A stretch of 64,000 nt of DNA from Ylistrum balloti. Taxonomy: Eukaryota. This document shows positions 1 to 13,744 of the stretch, one piece after another; the first letter of the stretch is position 1; each line of letters starts with the position of its first letter. The stretch covers positions 1,736,001 through 1,800,000 of the forward strand of contig NW_026781896.1 in the NCBI RefSeq assembly GCF_031769215.1. Reading direction: 5' to 3'. Under the pieces are notes generated by a model that ran no database searches, had not been told where the DNA came from, and saw only the letters and a program-made list of their open reading frames with translations. Made by a program: the position numbers and the translations under genes.

Positions 1-425
1 GGCCCTGAGAAACAACTGAGACTGTACAGAACGATCCATTCCACAGATACACGTGTAATTCAAATCATCTATATGGACAGAACCGCGTGATTGCTAGTGT
101 CGAAACGAGACTTTGATAATTGCGCGATGACCTTATGAGAATCATTCTTCTGAAGGTCAGCGGTCCATTCGTCATGGATGTCAGAAATTTGCACTAGGTC
201 AGTGGGACAAATACGGTCATTGACCAAATGGTCATGGAGCCTTCATGTTATATTCGCAATTTATCACAAAATGCATCTCACATATCTCATGAGCTATGCC
301 GTCCTAGTAATTCAAGAATACCGAAAACTCCGGACATAGCAAACTGAACGTGCCTGGTTAATCAATGGCGCGCTGATTCTGGATTCTGTGTATCAAATTG
401 TAATGATTTGTCTCACGCACGCCGT

Positions 426-465
426 CTTACGCAGTCGCACAATGTAAACGTCACTTCCGCCACGT
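426..465 (-). promoter_or_regulatory. Candidate housekeeping-promoter element (ETS/CRE composite) with an adjacent splice-donor motif
   Basis: Minus strand reads ACGTGGCGGAAGTGACGT at 465-448 (GGAAGTGACGT ETS-CRE-like), then a GTAAG donor-like motif at 430-426. The context is CpG-rich. Motif-only evidence. Confidence 0.4.
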
Positions 466-1034
466 AGTGACTGTCATGCCTGTTGTCACTAGAAACGCTA
501 AAACGTATGGTGTCAATGCCGACATGTCACTTAAGTGTCCAAATTGTGCATCGAATCTTTGCATGTCAGCCTTCAATCAACCACTTTTCAGTGAAAGATG
601 CTCTGTGATGTCAAAAATGTGTGCCAATATTTGGACTATGACTACCGTAATGGCGGGTTAAGACAACTTGGAGAGTGTCGTTTCCCTCTTGCCAACCTTT
701 CGACATTATTTGTCTCCCTTTTGTTGCTCCTGCCAGTTACAGATGTATATCCACAAACAACACTGCAGCATTAATGGATAAAAGCTGAAGCTTCCGAATG
801 GTTATAATTGCCTTCTGTTAATAAGATTATGTACGCGTTATTTCTGATGGGCGCTTCTCTGTCAAGCTGGCAAGGATGTCTTATTTTGGGTAATTTCTGG
901 TCGGTGATATACATGTAATATTCAGTGTGAAAGGACTTAAACTTAAGCCAAATTGAAATACAGTTAAAATGTGGCGCTTCGTCGTTTGTAACTTAACTTT
1001 TTCTGTTATTGGATGTTACTGAGCTCACTAGGCA

Positions 1035-1044
1035 CGCCATTTTG
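1035..1044 (-). promoter_or_regulatory. YY1-type motif CAAAATGGCG
   Basis: Plus strand CGCCATTTTG. A second identical 10-mer lies at 13061-13070. Motif-only evidence. Confidence 0.3.
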
Positions 1045-4000
1045 TATGAAACAAGACTTTGTCAATCAGCAGCACTCTTGTTAATGCGCAAGTAGCAAAA
1101 TGCAAACAAAGACAGTTTCTAAACGTAGAACCTGATCGTTACCAAACTTCGTTATTTAGGAGATACTCTGGATGCTGCCGTTGAATGAAGTTGTGGGGTT
1201 TCTCTGTCGGCCTTATCACGGATTTAGGTGTAGTTTCCTTGTCATTACACCGCACATTTCCATGCTTTTATTTCTAACTGATTTGCATCAAAATTCTTCA
1301 AATCTCTTTTAGGCATGCACTGTGTACAGTCTCTGATCCGAGTTGCCTTTTGAAGTCTGAAATCGACTTTGTTAAGCACCAGTGATTCGGTGTCCGATTC
1401 GCCTCCTAACTCCCAGTCCGAATTGCGATCACAATCACATTATATTATTCGACATATACCAAATTTTATCGGTAGACATTGCTTCATATTTCGTTGTTCG
1501 GAACCTTCCTGCCCCTTTTAGCAATAACTCTTCTGTTTGTCGCACGTCTGGTCAGACAGATGGACCCCTCCCCCCCCCCCCCCCCCCCCCAGATCCGAAT
1601 GGGCAACAATCGATACCTACTACAGACACACAAGCTGTCGATCATTCATGATATTTACTGCTGGTCGTGCTGTTCATCCATTTATCGAGCGGCTCGCCAT
1701 TTCATTCGTTTTTAGATGATTAAATATTGTCCTTTCCCGTTGTCTGATATTATTGTGAGAGAGAAGAAAGTCATATCTACATATTACTTCCGATGGACAC
1801 CTATACGATAGCCAGTACATTATTGATATTAGGGCAGCAGACGATAAAGACACCTGCTAAACTATAGTGTTTTTGGCTGGTGAGATAGGGACTTGATGCT
1901 ATATCAGACCAAAGATATATTCCGTTATAACGAACCGCTCCATACAAACGACAACATTAAAGTCGAAAACAAATGCGAATGCTGTCAATAAATGTAACTT
2001 AGGGCTTCCGAATGCATAAGGTCGGATTTCAAGGTCAGTATTTTAAAGTGAGGGAACACGGCGGAGAGTTAACCTTTGAACTGGCCTCGACTGCATCCTT
2101 GACCTTGTTGTTATTGAGTCAACAATGACTTTATGTACTCAGCCTTGAAATCATGCTAAGTGTACAATTAAACCAGTTTCTTAGTATCAATGGCTTTATT
2201 CGAATCGTGACCTTGTGTTAGCCTTGACCTTACGTTAACCGTAAAAATATGTCATTGACCTCTAGCAGCCGATGCCGTTTGCCAGTTGTAACCGGATACC
2301 TGCTTCCGAGTCAATGGTCCCAGGAGTTTAGAGACGTCACTACATATCTACTACAACGCTACACTTCTATTAACATAATCCTTCAGTCTACATTATCTTT
2401 CTTTATTACTTTCTCATGTTGTCCTTTTCTTCGTTACTGATGTTATCACCAATATAAAAAAAAACGAAGTAAATTGAGTCGATATGGACTGATTGTAGTC
2501 GGATTAGAAATACTGACAATGGGTCGGCTGGCGTTATGTGATTAACACTGCTTTCCGTAGTATAATGAGGAAAGTGAAGACCGCTATCTGTCAATGGTAC
2601 GACCAGTGATAGAAACAGCGATTTGTAACGCTCCTCTCAAATCGGGTCATGTCTTTCTTCTGTTTTTGAGAAGAAAAATCAATTGTTTCCATTAGAAAAG
2701 GGGGATTCTTACAAAGGTCCCCTGTCGAGGTCCTAATTTACTCATGTCTAATGAGATCTGATGACGGCCAAGTTGTGGAGAAGATGGGGGAATGGCTAAA
2801 TCACATATCACTCTGGAAAAGAGAGGTCGTACACACGTCATGGAGGCTCCGTGGAACTCCGGCTGAAGGGAAATAATGTTATTTCTCCACAGTCGGAAAC
2901 AAACTTGACAGGTGTTGCCCACGATTACCCAGCATTCCTCTAAAGCACAGTCATCTTTATAAATCGTACGAAAACACGGTAGAAACCTTTCGAAATTCAA
3001 AAACATGAGTATACAATGCTTTTGTGATCTGGCCAATTTCCATGATTTGCTGTTGGTTATACCTGAAAGAGACAAGGCTGTAGATGTCAGCTTTAATCTT
3101 AAGCTTCAGAAACACAGGACTATGGACTCATGGGTTTATCAACAAGGTATGGTTCTGCTCCCAGTTTCTGACTCGTGTCCATAATTATTATATCCACAAA
3201 CTTGACACTCTCACATTGACAGGAAAGTGACCGGAAGCTATCCTCGTCCATTCATGCTTTCTGTACTTGACCAATGAAAGAAAGAGACAATGACCGGAAG
3301 GGATTACTATCGAACGTGATTTTGTAACGAGGAAATGACAAAATAAGACCATGTCCACAGGGTCGTTATTTCCTGCCACGTGTTCTGATAAAGCTTTGAG
3401 AAAATAAAACTCTAACACCATTATGACGAAAGAAACTTTGATATAATCAGATTCTGTCTAAAATTATTTTGGGCACAAATCGACAATAAATGGTTTTGAA
3501 CTTTAAGTTATCCTCACATATTTAATACTGTGACAACACAGTTAACCTCCCTGGGTATACATGCGATGTTTATGTTTACAAGTTAGATTCCGGTAAGCAG
3601 TACGAGGTGTCTACCTTCCGGTTTCCGTTACCGTCAAAATTGCATGTTTCAACAATGGTTTGACTGGTGTGACTAATTAATCGACAGTACATGCCAATTA
3701 TCCCGGATCTCAATGTGATGACTAACAACACAACACCATCGTTATTAATGGTCCTTAATGCGCGTGGATGATTATGACAAATATTATATATATTCTGACA
3801 GTCACACGATGTATTTTCGATATGTAAGGAATTCCAGTCAGCAATGCCCCGACTACTGATATCATTTCCTATTTGTCTGAATCATTATAAAAGCTATAAA
3901 CGAAATCCGGAAACAATGCATTTGTGTATATATTATGTAATACTTAGTGTGAGTGGCATGTTGTGTTATATACTATGTACTGTGTAATGATAAATATTAC

Positions 4001-5054
4001 AGAAATGTGTCATCAAAGAGGTCAACGCCCCCAGAAATTGTAGGACTCCCGTTATAAAGGTCATTTTAATATACTTATGATATCATTGTCGACAGAACTG
4101 TAATAACCGACATTTGATGAAGTTCTGTAGAAAAAAAATCGTTTATGATTCTGTGGGCAAGGAAGTGTAAATCTGGCTGATTGCTGTTTCTTTCTTGAAA
4201 TAGATGGCTATTGTTGTTATGAAAAGACTACATAGCGAGTCACGTGACGTATTACACGTGAAAAATACCAAGAAATGTTTTCGCTCACGCCGGGTCTGTA
4301 TTGTGTCTGTTATCATGTGTTTGTATATTGTTATAAATGTTGTATGTTGTTGCGTTCCTGTATCTGCTGAGCCAGTTGACTTAAGGTAATAAAGTACTTG
4401 ATTTTGAACTCATTATGAGCTCAAACTGCCCCCCCCACGTCGAAAGACAAACGAAGAAGAAAAAAAAAGAAAACTCTTTTCGCTGGAACTGATCTGAATG
4501 AAGACTCTCTCGTAGACTTGGGTTCGATTCCCAGCTGTAAAGTATCTCAGATCTTTGGGCATTAAGAAAATATCAGTTTATTTATCAAGAGAATTGTTCT
4601 AGGCGTGTTTCTGAGTGCTAATGTCTGTTATCAAAACAACAAACAAAGTAAAGTGCTTTACCAATTAAGGTCAACAAAGGATCGATACATCGCCCTCAAG
4701 CTTGCTTAAAGTTAATAATCCCGGTAAAAGTGAAATAGTTGTCATGGTAACAATAAACAAATAGCGTGGGTATATTGTATCATCGAAAATGAATGTAATC
4801 GGCCGAAATGAATGGTCCACAGAGAGGCGAGCACAAGAATTATTCCGGACTGACAATACCGCAAATCAAATTCCAGTCGTGTGTCGAATATTTGTGTTTC
4901 ATTGGTGTTTGTTATAAAATGTTATATTACATATGTGAATACACAGTTGATGATTGTAATGTTTTGGTGGAAAACGTGGAATGTGCTTGGTGATGTCATC
5001 ACTTCATTGTTAGATATTATACTTGAATGAAAAAAGTTGACTGTAAATAGTAAA

Positions 5055-5392
5055 TGTGATTGGTAAATAGTACACGTGATTGGTAAATAGCACAGGTGAT
5101 TGGTGAATTTTGTGTGTGATTGGTAAATAGTTTACGTGATTGGTGAATTTTGTGTGTGATTGGTAAATAGTACACGTGATTGGTGAATTTTGTGTGTGAT
5201 TGGTAAATAGTACACGTGATTGGTGAATTTTGTGAGTGATTGGTAAATAGTTCACGTGACTGGTGAATTTAGTGAGTGATTGGTAAATAGTACACGTGAT
5301 TGGTGAATTTTGTGAGTGATTGGTAAATAGTACACGTGATTGGTAAATAGTACACGTTCACGTAATTGGTGAATTTTGTGTGTAATTGGTAA
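5055..5392. repeat. Minisatellite, 40-bp unit built from two 20-bp subunits (GTGATTGGTAAATAGTACAC / GTGATTGGTGAATTTTGTGT)
   Basis: About 17 subunits are directly visible; they explain ORF 5010..5255. Confidence 0.95.
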
Positions 5393-6484
5393 AAAGAATA
5401 TAGTATGTTATTGACAAATGTTATGTGTAATTAATGAATGTTGTATTTAATTGTTAATTCACATCAATTTAGTAATTACTACATGTAATTAGTAAGCATA
5501 ATATTTATTTGGCAGCAGCAGTACAATTAAAACAATACTACAGTTACTCGTGATAAAATGTTTGATATTACTTTGTGGGTATTATTTGTAATTGATAAAT
5601 ATTGATAATTATTACAGATGATTTGTCAATATTTGCGTTTTGTTTAAAATCCTGTTACGTCACTGTTAGTCGTTGTTGGGCATTTTACTTAAACGGAAAC
5701 CACAAATGATGTCAACCTGTGGTTAAATAAAGGTTTCTAACGAGTTAACGGTACGTCAGCTCAAACTGTATTGATCTAGTCCTACAAATATGTCTTTGTG
5801 TGTGCAAGAAGATGTATAAAACACAACAGCTGCTGGAATATCTAGCATCCCTATACAACAATAAGACTGAGAACGTAAACTGGCTGTTCTCTGTAGATCT
5901 GCACGTCAAAACTATTAAACTTAAACTTTTTACTAACGATCATTGACAATGTGCCATTTCACATAATCCTACAAGGCTGGTACACATGACGCAGGACTGT
6001 ATGTTTTTATTTCACCAAGAATCTTTACCGTGTACATCTGGGTAAGAACGTGTTTTTGCATACGTATTCGCAAAACATTCTACAATATACAAAGAATTAA
6101 AAAAAAAAAAAACATTGCAAAATGGAATTCCACGAGGACCCGGATGTTTGTCACTGGTGTCGTTGGCAGGGTCTCGCTGTCACCTCACCAGGAAGTGTAA
6201 AATCACTATTTCACTAAAATCTTCTTTTTTTGAAGTTTTAGCAATTACCATCTAGCATGGCACTGCTGTGTATGAAAAACACTAGGGAACGAACGAGAAG
6301 AGATACTGGAAAGGGCAGTCTGAGCTGTTCCTCCATATATTCTTTAGAAAAAAATGATTACTTTTTTCTTCGTGTTAGACGCCAAACAAGTATGGCTACT
6401 GAAGTTTTTTTTGTAAGATTTTACATGGTATCAGTCCTTAGTATATACCTAATTTAATGAATTTTAAAATTTCAAATTATAATA

Positions 6485-6720
6485 TCAGGCGCGACCTCAC
6501 TGCTGTTATTCCGTAGGCTAAGACAGTGGTTCGATTTCCGGAACGGACGTGAAAAGGTAAGGGGTCACCTGCCCGACCACGTGGGTTTTCCCCGGGTACT
6601 CCTGTTACCTTCCACAATAAGGCCCCTCACGCGCTTACATCCGGGCCAACAAGAGTGATTAGTATAAACTGACATAACTTGTTTCGCAATTGTTGTAAAA
6701 TAAATAAAGTTTATATTTAA
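6485..6720 (+). mobile_element. tRNA-derived SINE with a V-domain-like core
   Basis: B-box GGTTCGATTTCC at 6528-6539. GTGGGTTTTCCCCGGGTACTCCTGTTACCTTCCACA at 6581-6616 resembles the V-SINE conserved block GTGGGTTTYCTCCGGGTRCTCCGGTTTCCTCCCACA. A-rich tail TAAATAAAG near 6701. Confidence 0.75.
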
Positions 6721-8996
6721 CACAGCTAAATAGGAAATCCTTTCGGTTCGAGGTGACCCGGATGTGGAACAGCCTACCTAATGAGATAAGGAAGGCATGA
6801 TCCTTTCCTGCATTCTGAAGACCGTTACATACCTGAGATAACTTTGTATATATTTATACATGTACGATATGTAGATGAAATGTATCTATGAACCATTACC
6901 TTCCCTTACTGTCTAAGCTAATATCTCTATTCTTTTATTCTTATTTGTTTTTATGCTCATAAAACTTTTTATTGCCATTTCTAGTATGCTTTAACATAAA
7001 TGCTGCATTGTTGGCACTTCTCTTTTAATGTATAATATTTATGATCTATGAGCGTTATTTTTGCATGGCCTATAAAGAAATGTGTTATTTGATTATATAT
7101 CCAGGCATCTGTGAAGCTTGATCTCATTGTGATATTTTGTTGGGTTTTTTTTTATTGTACCAATGTTGTAGGAATAGATCTACTGAGCTGTAGTTACCAG
7201 TTCACGAATTTAAATAAAAAAAAAATTGTATCTTGTGTAATTTTGTCGCTCAGAATTACTCTCACACAAGCGGTCTTTTTCAAGCGAATGGATGAAAGCC
7301 GTACATGAACGTAGCGATTGCTTTACGTGAAGTAACGACATTGATTTAGGAAGCCTTAAAAGTCATAATTGGAGTTATAGTTAAAATGTAGACGCGGATT
7401 CATGGCGCAGTATTACTGAGTATTTTGATTCGACAACCCTAACTGGAAATTAGCATACGACAAGAAACAGAAAGGTCGTCAACTTCTGATTTTTAATGAC
7501 ACACAAAAGTCTGAAAACATGTGTCTGCGAAAATTTGAAAAAAAATCGAGATTAATGATCAAATTTAAGAATAATTGGTCAATATTTGGAGGGTCGGGCT
7601 TTATTCATTTAAAAATACTATGTTGTTTTTTCAAGCAATTTCTTTTAATCCTATTTTCATGCTCCGTTTACTCCTAGCTGGCCATTGGGTGAGAACTCCT
7701 GTATATTGTAGTAAAAAAAAAACGATGTTAGTGACGTCATCGTGTATCATTACTTATGTCTTAATAAACGTTCTACAGAGACAACAAATATCGACGAAAA
7801 ATATTTGTGTTTGTTACTGACACCGAGCTATTTCTGAAAGGAACCTAACACTTTGTTTCCAACTGAAGTATAGAAAAGGAAGACATGACGACGAGCTCAG
7901 ATGGAATGTGACATGTATATATACTGTATTCCGATATGCTGTTTCATATTAAAATGAATTTGTAAAAATTGTTATAGAACAAGAGATATACAGAATTAAG
8001 CACACGCTTGAATAAATCTTCGTTTTACTTTAAAACTGAAGAAATACTAGAGTGTTGTGATGGCAAACTCATATATGTTTCTGTTTCTAATTTTTGTCGT
8101 CGTTCTAGAATATGTTTTGTACAGAGATATTCTGCTAGCTTTCTAACAGCACTTTCTCCCACTGACTATAAACTGGTCAGGACCAATAACTGTCCTGATA
8201 TATGGAGTTGGGGTGTCTATCCATTCTTTAGCATTATTTACTGGTAGACTTATACCTACCTATCATTATTTATATCAGTTACTGGGAATGCTATAGTTCA
8301 CGAAGCTGTACAGACGATAGCGCCGTTATCGGAGCGACTGAGTGCGTGAGATCAGCGTGAGAAGGACCACGATGTGTATAGCCCAAGTGTCCAGCCAGGG
8401 GTCAGACATGTAATGCTGGACATATAATGATGATTCTAGCCTTGTCTAAATCCGACACGTGGCATCAATATAAAATCTTTGTAATGCACCGCCTACTTTG
8501 TCTGTCGCCGTTCTTACGATAATACGTGATAATACCCGATTATACTACCTCCTCATGCATAATTATGCACGTGATTGCTAGTTATCGTCATTGGTTGAAA
8601 CCAGCGTGTTGTTTTAACTGTGTACGTCGTGCTGTGTCAGAGGAGATGTTGCGTTTTATGTCAGTTTTCATACCACCGATCACATCTCATTGGCATTCAA
8701 TCTTAAAAAAGTCTGGCTATGCATGTGGGAGCCAAAAATTTGCTTTGTCCGTGAGTCTACAGTAATGTTAGTGGAAACACCCGGATATACAAGCAACAAA
8801 AAACATCAGATATCACACCCATCCGGATGTCAGGGTCAGTTAATCTAACACAGATAAACAAAACGAGTGATAATTTTATCACAGAGAATATACAATGATT
8901 AGAAGAATTCGTGACATATTGTATCACAGATAAATAGAACACGTGACACATTTTACCATAGATATTATATATATCCGGATATATAAGGATCAGTAG

Positions 8997-9390
8997 AACA
9001 CGTGATTTTACCACAGAACACGTGATTCTACCACAGAACAGATACAGTCGTATGTACAAGGATCGGTAGAACACGTGATTCTGTACAAGGATCGGTAGAA
9101 CACGTGATTCTACCACAGAACAGATACAATCGTATGTACAAGGATCGGTAGAACACGTGATTCTGTACAAGGATCGGTAGAACACGTGATTCTACCACAG
9201 AACAGATACAGTCGTATGTACAAGGATCGGTAGAACACGTGATTCTGTACAAGGATCGGTAGAACACGTGATTCTACCACAGAACAGATACAGTCGTATG
9301 TACAAGGATCGGTAGAACACGTGATTCTGTACAAGGATCGGTAGAACACGTGATTCTTCCACAGAACAGATACAGTCGTATGTACAAGGC
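8997..9390. repeat. Compound minisatellite, 82-bp higher-order unit containing 28-bp subunits (TGTACAAGGATCGGTAGAACACGTGATT)
   Basis: About 4.5 near-identical 82-bp copies, with degenerate precursors back to ~8800. Explains the ORFs offset by 82 bp (9028, 9110, 9192). Confidence 0.95.
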
Positions 9391-9615
9391 TCGGTAGAGC
9401 ATCCTTTCAATAACAAAATAATTTATTTCAGTTGGAAACCACACTATTGGATTGATCTCACACCCCGATCTTAGTTTTCATAGTTTCTAGTACTTTGACT
9501 AAATACCGAATTTACAGACACAATACATGTATTATAACTAATTGAATTTGGATTTGACAATACACCATGTTAAATGTATATCTGTGTCCTTGGTCGTGTC
9601 CACGGTATTACCAGC

Positions 9616-9810
9616 AGAACACATTCTACGTCCTACGTCATATCTGTCCGTTGTCCGTGGTTGTATCCGCTATACAGTCAATAGAACACATTCTACGTCC
9701 TACGTCATATCTGTCCGTTGTCCGTGGTTGTATCCGCTGTACTGTCAATAGAACACATTCTACGTCCTACGTCATATCTGTCCGTTGTCCGTGGTTAAAT
9801 CTGTACAGTT
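9616..9810. repeat. 67-bp tandem repeat x3
   Basis: AGAACACATTCTACGTCCTACGTCATATCTGTCCGTTGTCCGTGG starts at 9616, 9683 and 9750. Confidence 0.95.
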
Positions 9811-10006
9811 AACTGAAGCACTCTTTATATCAAAAGTTACTGATAAATGTCAATGTAGTGACATATTCCATCAATATTTGTAGGATATTTCAACTAGACG
9901 TGTTCTCCACACTTTTTATAAAAATTATATCTTGGATTAACACATCAACTGTCAGGGAGAATTCGGGAGCAGTTACATGTAACTGTATCTAGTTCCTATT
10001 GTTAAG

Positions 10007-10510
10007 GAACTGCCTCTGTCTAGTGCCTATTGGCGGGGAACTGGCTGTCTATTGCCTATTGGCGGGGAAATGTCGCTGTCTAGTGCCTATTGGCGGGGAA
10101 CTGTCTCTGTCTTATGTCTATTGGCAGGGAATTATCTCTGTCTAGTGCCTGTTGGCAGGGAAATGTCTGTCTAGTGCCTATTGGCAGGGAATTGTCTCTG
10201 TCTAGTGCCTATTGGCAGGGACTTGTCTGTCTATTGCCAGGGAACTGTCTCTGTCTAGAGCATATTGGCGGCGAACTGTCTTTGTCTAGTGCCTACTGGC
10301 GGGGAACTGTCTCTGTCTAATGCCTATTGGCGGGGAACTGTCTCTGTCTAGTGCCTATTGACAGGGAACTACTGTACACTCTGTCTAGTTCCTTTTGACA
10401 GGGAACTGTGTACTGCATTTAGTTAATATAGGCAGGAATTTATACCATGTCTAGTTCCTACTGCTAAGGATCTGTATACCGGGTCTAGTTCGTAATGGCA
10501 GGGAACTGTT
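10007..10510. repeat. Degenerate ~30-bp minisatellite (TCTGTCTAGTGCCTATTGGCGGGGAACTG)
   Basis: About 15 divergent copies are visible, decaying to the right. Confidence 0.9.
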
Positions 10511-13500
10511 GTTTTTTCAGAAACAACGTGAATTAACCCCGAGGGTCAAGGTCAATGATGTAACCGTGAGCATCTCGTTGGCGTCATCCAGGAAGATGGA
10601 TCTTTGTAATATCCTACATTGGTAAATATCTGTACGTTCTGATTGCCACCATGATGAGCCAGTAGTCTATAACTGATCATAATATACTACCTCTTCTCGT
10701 TATAGAATACAGATTAATCCCCATTACATAACTGCAGCGGTAATTAAATTAACAGAGAGGTTGAGTTATAACACAAGCATCCTGCTTGTTAGAGTCTCTT
10801 ACATCAAATGATTAATTTAGAAAAAGCTAAAAACCTCACAGAACTAAAATATTAAGTGTATCGGAATGAGTCTGTGTTCTGTGTTGTACATAGAAAGCTA
10901 TCTTCTACAACGAGGTGTGCACGAGCATTACATGTAACTTATGTACAGTGTATCTTATTTTTGTTGTAAAGGATAGCACTACAATGATAATTTTATTATT
11001 TTAACTATGCGTTGTGTGGTAAAAAAATTATCTCGCATCTCGTACCAAACCACCTGTTGTTAGTCCTTAAATGTAACAACGGCAGAAACTTCAATCAAGT
11101 CCATTAACGACCGCCCCTCCCCAACCCTCGCCAAAACAAATAAGAAGCGATGACATACACAAAGTGCGTGTCTACTTATTCTTCAAATAAGTTATTTTTA
11201 TCTGTTTTATTTGTTGTTTTTTTGTTTTCCTTCGTTTTTTAGAAAGAATACAGCAAGATCTAACCTGGAGATATATCTTATATTTTGTTTTCATCAAATT
11301 TGGATTTTTAAGAATTTATCAAAAAGCGAAGGATGAGTAACGCTACAAGTTCAGATTGCATGAGCTGAATAAAAAAGGAATCGATTTGTATGGATATCGT
11401 GGGAATTTCAGAGTAAATGAGATAACGAATTTCTTGGTTTAGTACAGTTGTCAAACTTTCTCCTGAAATATTTTGAATTGGCGATTGTTTTTTTTTATTA
11501 TGCGAGTCTCGTGTAGTAATTGTAATGTTTACTAAAATAAATGTACATATTGCTTTTAATTACTATTTTTAGCTCTTTTAGATTCTGTAATGAATAACTA
11601 TATTCATTTACCTCGAGGCCAAATACTTTAGGTACTGTAATATATAGTCTATTAGCCACTTATACGGATGAATGGACTGTAACGTAAACAATTCGTCGGA
11701 GAGATTGACTAATTCGAAACTGATAGCCTTTCAAAAGTGTAGTTTTTATCGTTTAAATTTGTACCAAAATGTAAAAAAAAAAATTCCTATCTCTTCATGG
11801 TTATCATTCCATCTGTTTAAATCAACTTACTTTTTTTTCTGAATACCGCGCGCGCCTGATGGAAATGCACCGCCTGCTCTCTAACACCAACGGTGCACAG
11901 CAGACAGTGGCAAGTTGGTGTCAAAGGGGTGTTGCTCAGCTCTCCTCTCAGACAATAGCAGTTTGTCTAATACACGTCTACTCCTCTCACATCAAACGGC
12001 ACGGTCGCACCAAAGCATGGCTTGAATGCTGTTCCAAATATCCAAGCAGCAAAGTGTATTATAAGCTTGATAAACAGTATTTTCGTTTGTTTTTTTTTCA
12101 TGAATTTTACAGTAATAGTTCCTAGTACATAACGTTTTACATGTGTTTGTTAAATTTGCATATTTATATGTTGACGGGTTTTGTTCTTTTATGCAATATT
12201 CTATGTGTCATTGGTTTTAAAAAATCCATTGTCAATTCTTAACATTCTGACTCCCTCCGCGTCATATATGAAGAGTGATGATTTACTGTTTTCTGTTGTA
12301 GCCTGGTGATATCTCTCCAAATGGTCCCTGTCTATTTTTTTTTCAATTTCCCCCTGTCTTCATCTGTAAGTGGGAGAAAATCAATGCTTTGTATAAACAC
12401 AAACAGAAATGTAATAACAGTTGTCCATTTAACAGAGACTTGTTCTCACGCATGGCTGATGACAAGGCAAAGAATATGACACCCACACCTAAATCCCAGT
12501 TTGTTTTAGTTCTGATGTGAATCGTCTAAATCGTATTTACATTGGCGAAAATCGTGTAGATTGTTGTGCGCTTGCTTCTCCCCGGGGATATTAAAGCATA
12601 GATATATCTCTGTACGATAACACTCGATATAAAAAAAAACTCGAGATAAAGATAGTTTTGCAATGTTGATATCCATCTATCTCAAATTTTCAAGATAAGA
12701 AATGATATATAATACATCTGTTGATATAAGAGGTACATTCCGGGTTTTATAACGGTACAATAGACTACAGACAGTACAGGGAATACGCTGAACTGCATAC
12801 AGTTGGCATTCAGTGGAACTGCCAACTAGGAATAAAGTACATAAAACACGCGTGCGATGGGCTACATGTGCAATTTGTTGGCGTAATTGCTTTATAAAAA
12901 TTCAACATATTAAGTGGTCTTATCGAGATGAGATCGGTATGATGAAGCAAAAGCATGATGCTGTTTGACGGTTTGACTGGCTGTATACTGTATCAAATTC
13001 TAAACTATTTAAAAGGACATGTGATCGAGTCTGTTGTGTGAAACAGTTAGTGTAACACGGCGCCATTTTGTCAGAGCGTTCTTCCTTTACTGGAAATTTA
13101 GAAAGATCTTTTGACTGTGCATGGAATATATGTAGCTGCAATAAAAGTTGCAGAACTGGGGAAAAAAAAAAAAAAAAACAGAAAAAGAGGACAAGGAAAA
13201 AAAGACATAGACATACATGAAGAAAGCTTACGTACAGCAGCATAGAAACGATACGTAAACTTTGTACTTTCCGCCAGTTACTATGCTCTAAATCGTTCGA
13301 TAAATATGCAACGAAAGTTTTGACGAAGGCTTGATTACCAAAAAACCGAGAATAACAGAGGAGTTTTTCTCCAACATACGTATCATAAGAATTATGTAGC
13401 GGAGATAGCATTGAGTGGAACATTACTGTGCAGCAGTCTCCAGTTAACATTCGATCGAAGCCAAAGACTTGAATACTGAAATTCGTAATCTATCTTTTAT

Positions 13501-13744
13501 AATTCTGACAGCGCTCCAAGGAGAGGGCTTTCTCGGGTTCTATTTTATTCTCGTCTATTAAAGAGTGCGTTATCAGGAGAAACAGCATTCTGAATGCATC
13601 GAAGGTGAGAAGGTTCGTCGTGGATTGGCATTCATTATGAACACTGCAATGTAAGCAGGCATTAACTAAGGATCGTCCCGGCTCGTCTTCTAACATCCCG
13701 TGGAATGGAAATGTATTAAATCGAAATTAAAACTGCCATTGAAA

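Noticed and set aside
2692-3075. 127-aa minus-strand ORF
   Set aside because: No recognisable motif, a non-ATG start and no supporting splice structure.
4519-4535. GGGTTCGATTCCC B-box (also a minus-strand one near 22650-22670)
   Set aside because: No A-box or cloverleaf; at most SINE debris, not tRNA genes.
12920-13450. 176-aa minus-strand ORF
   Set aside because: It runs through a poly-T tract (FFCFFFFF), has low complexity and shows no recognisable domain.
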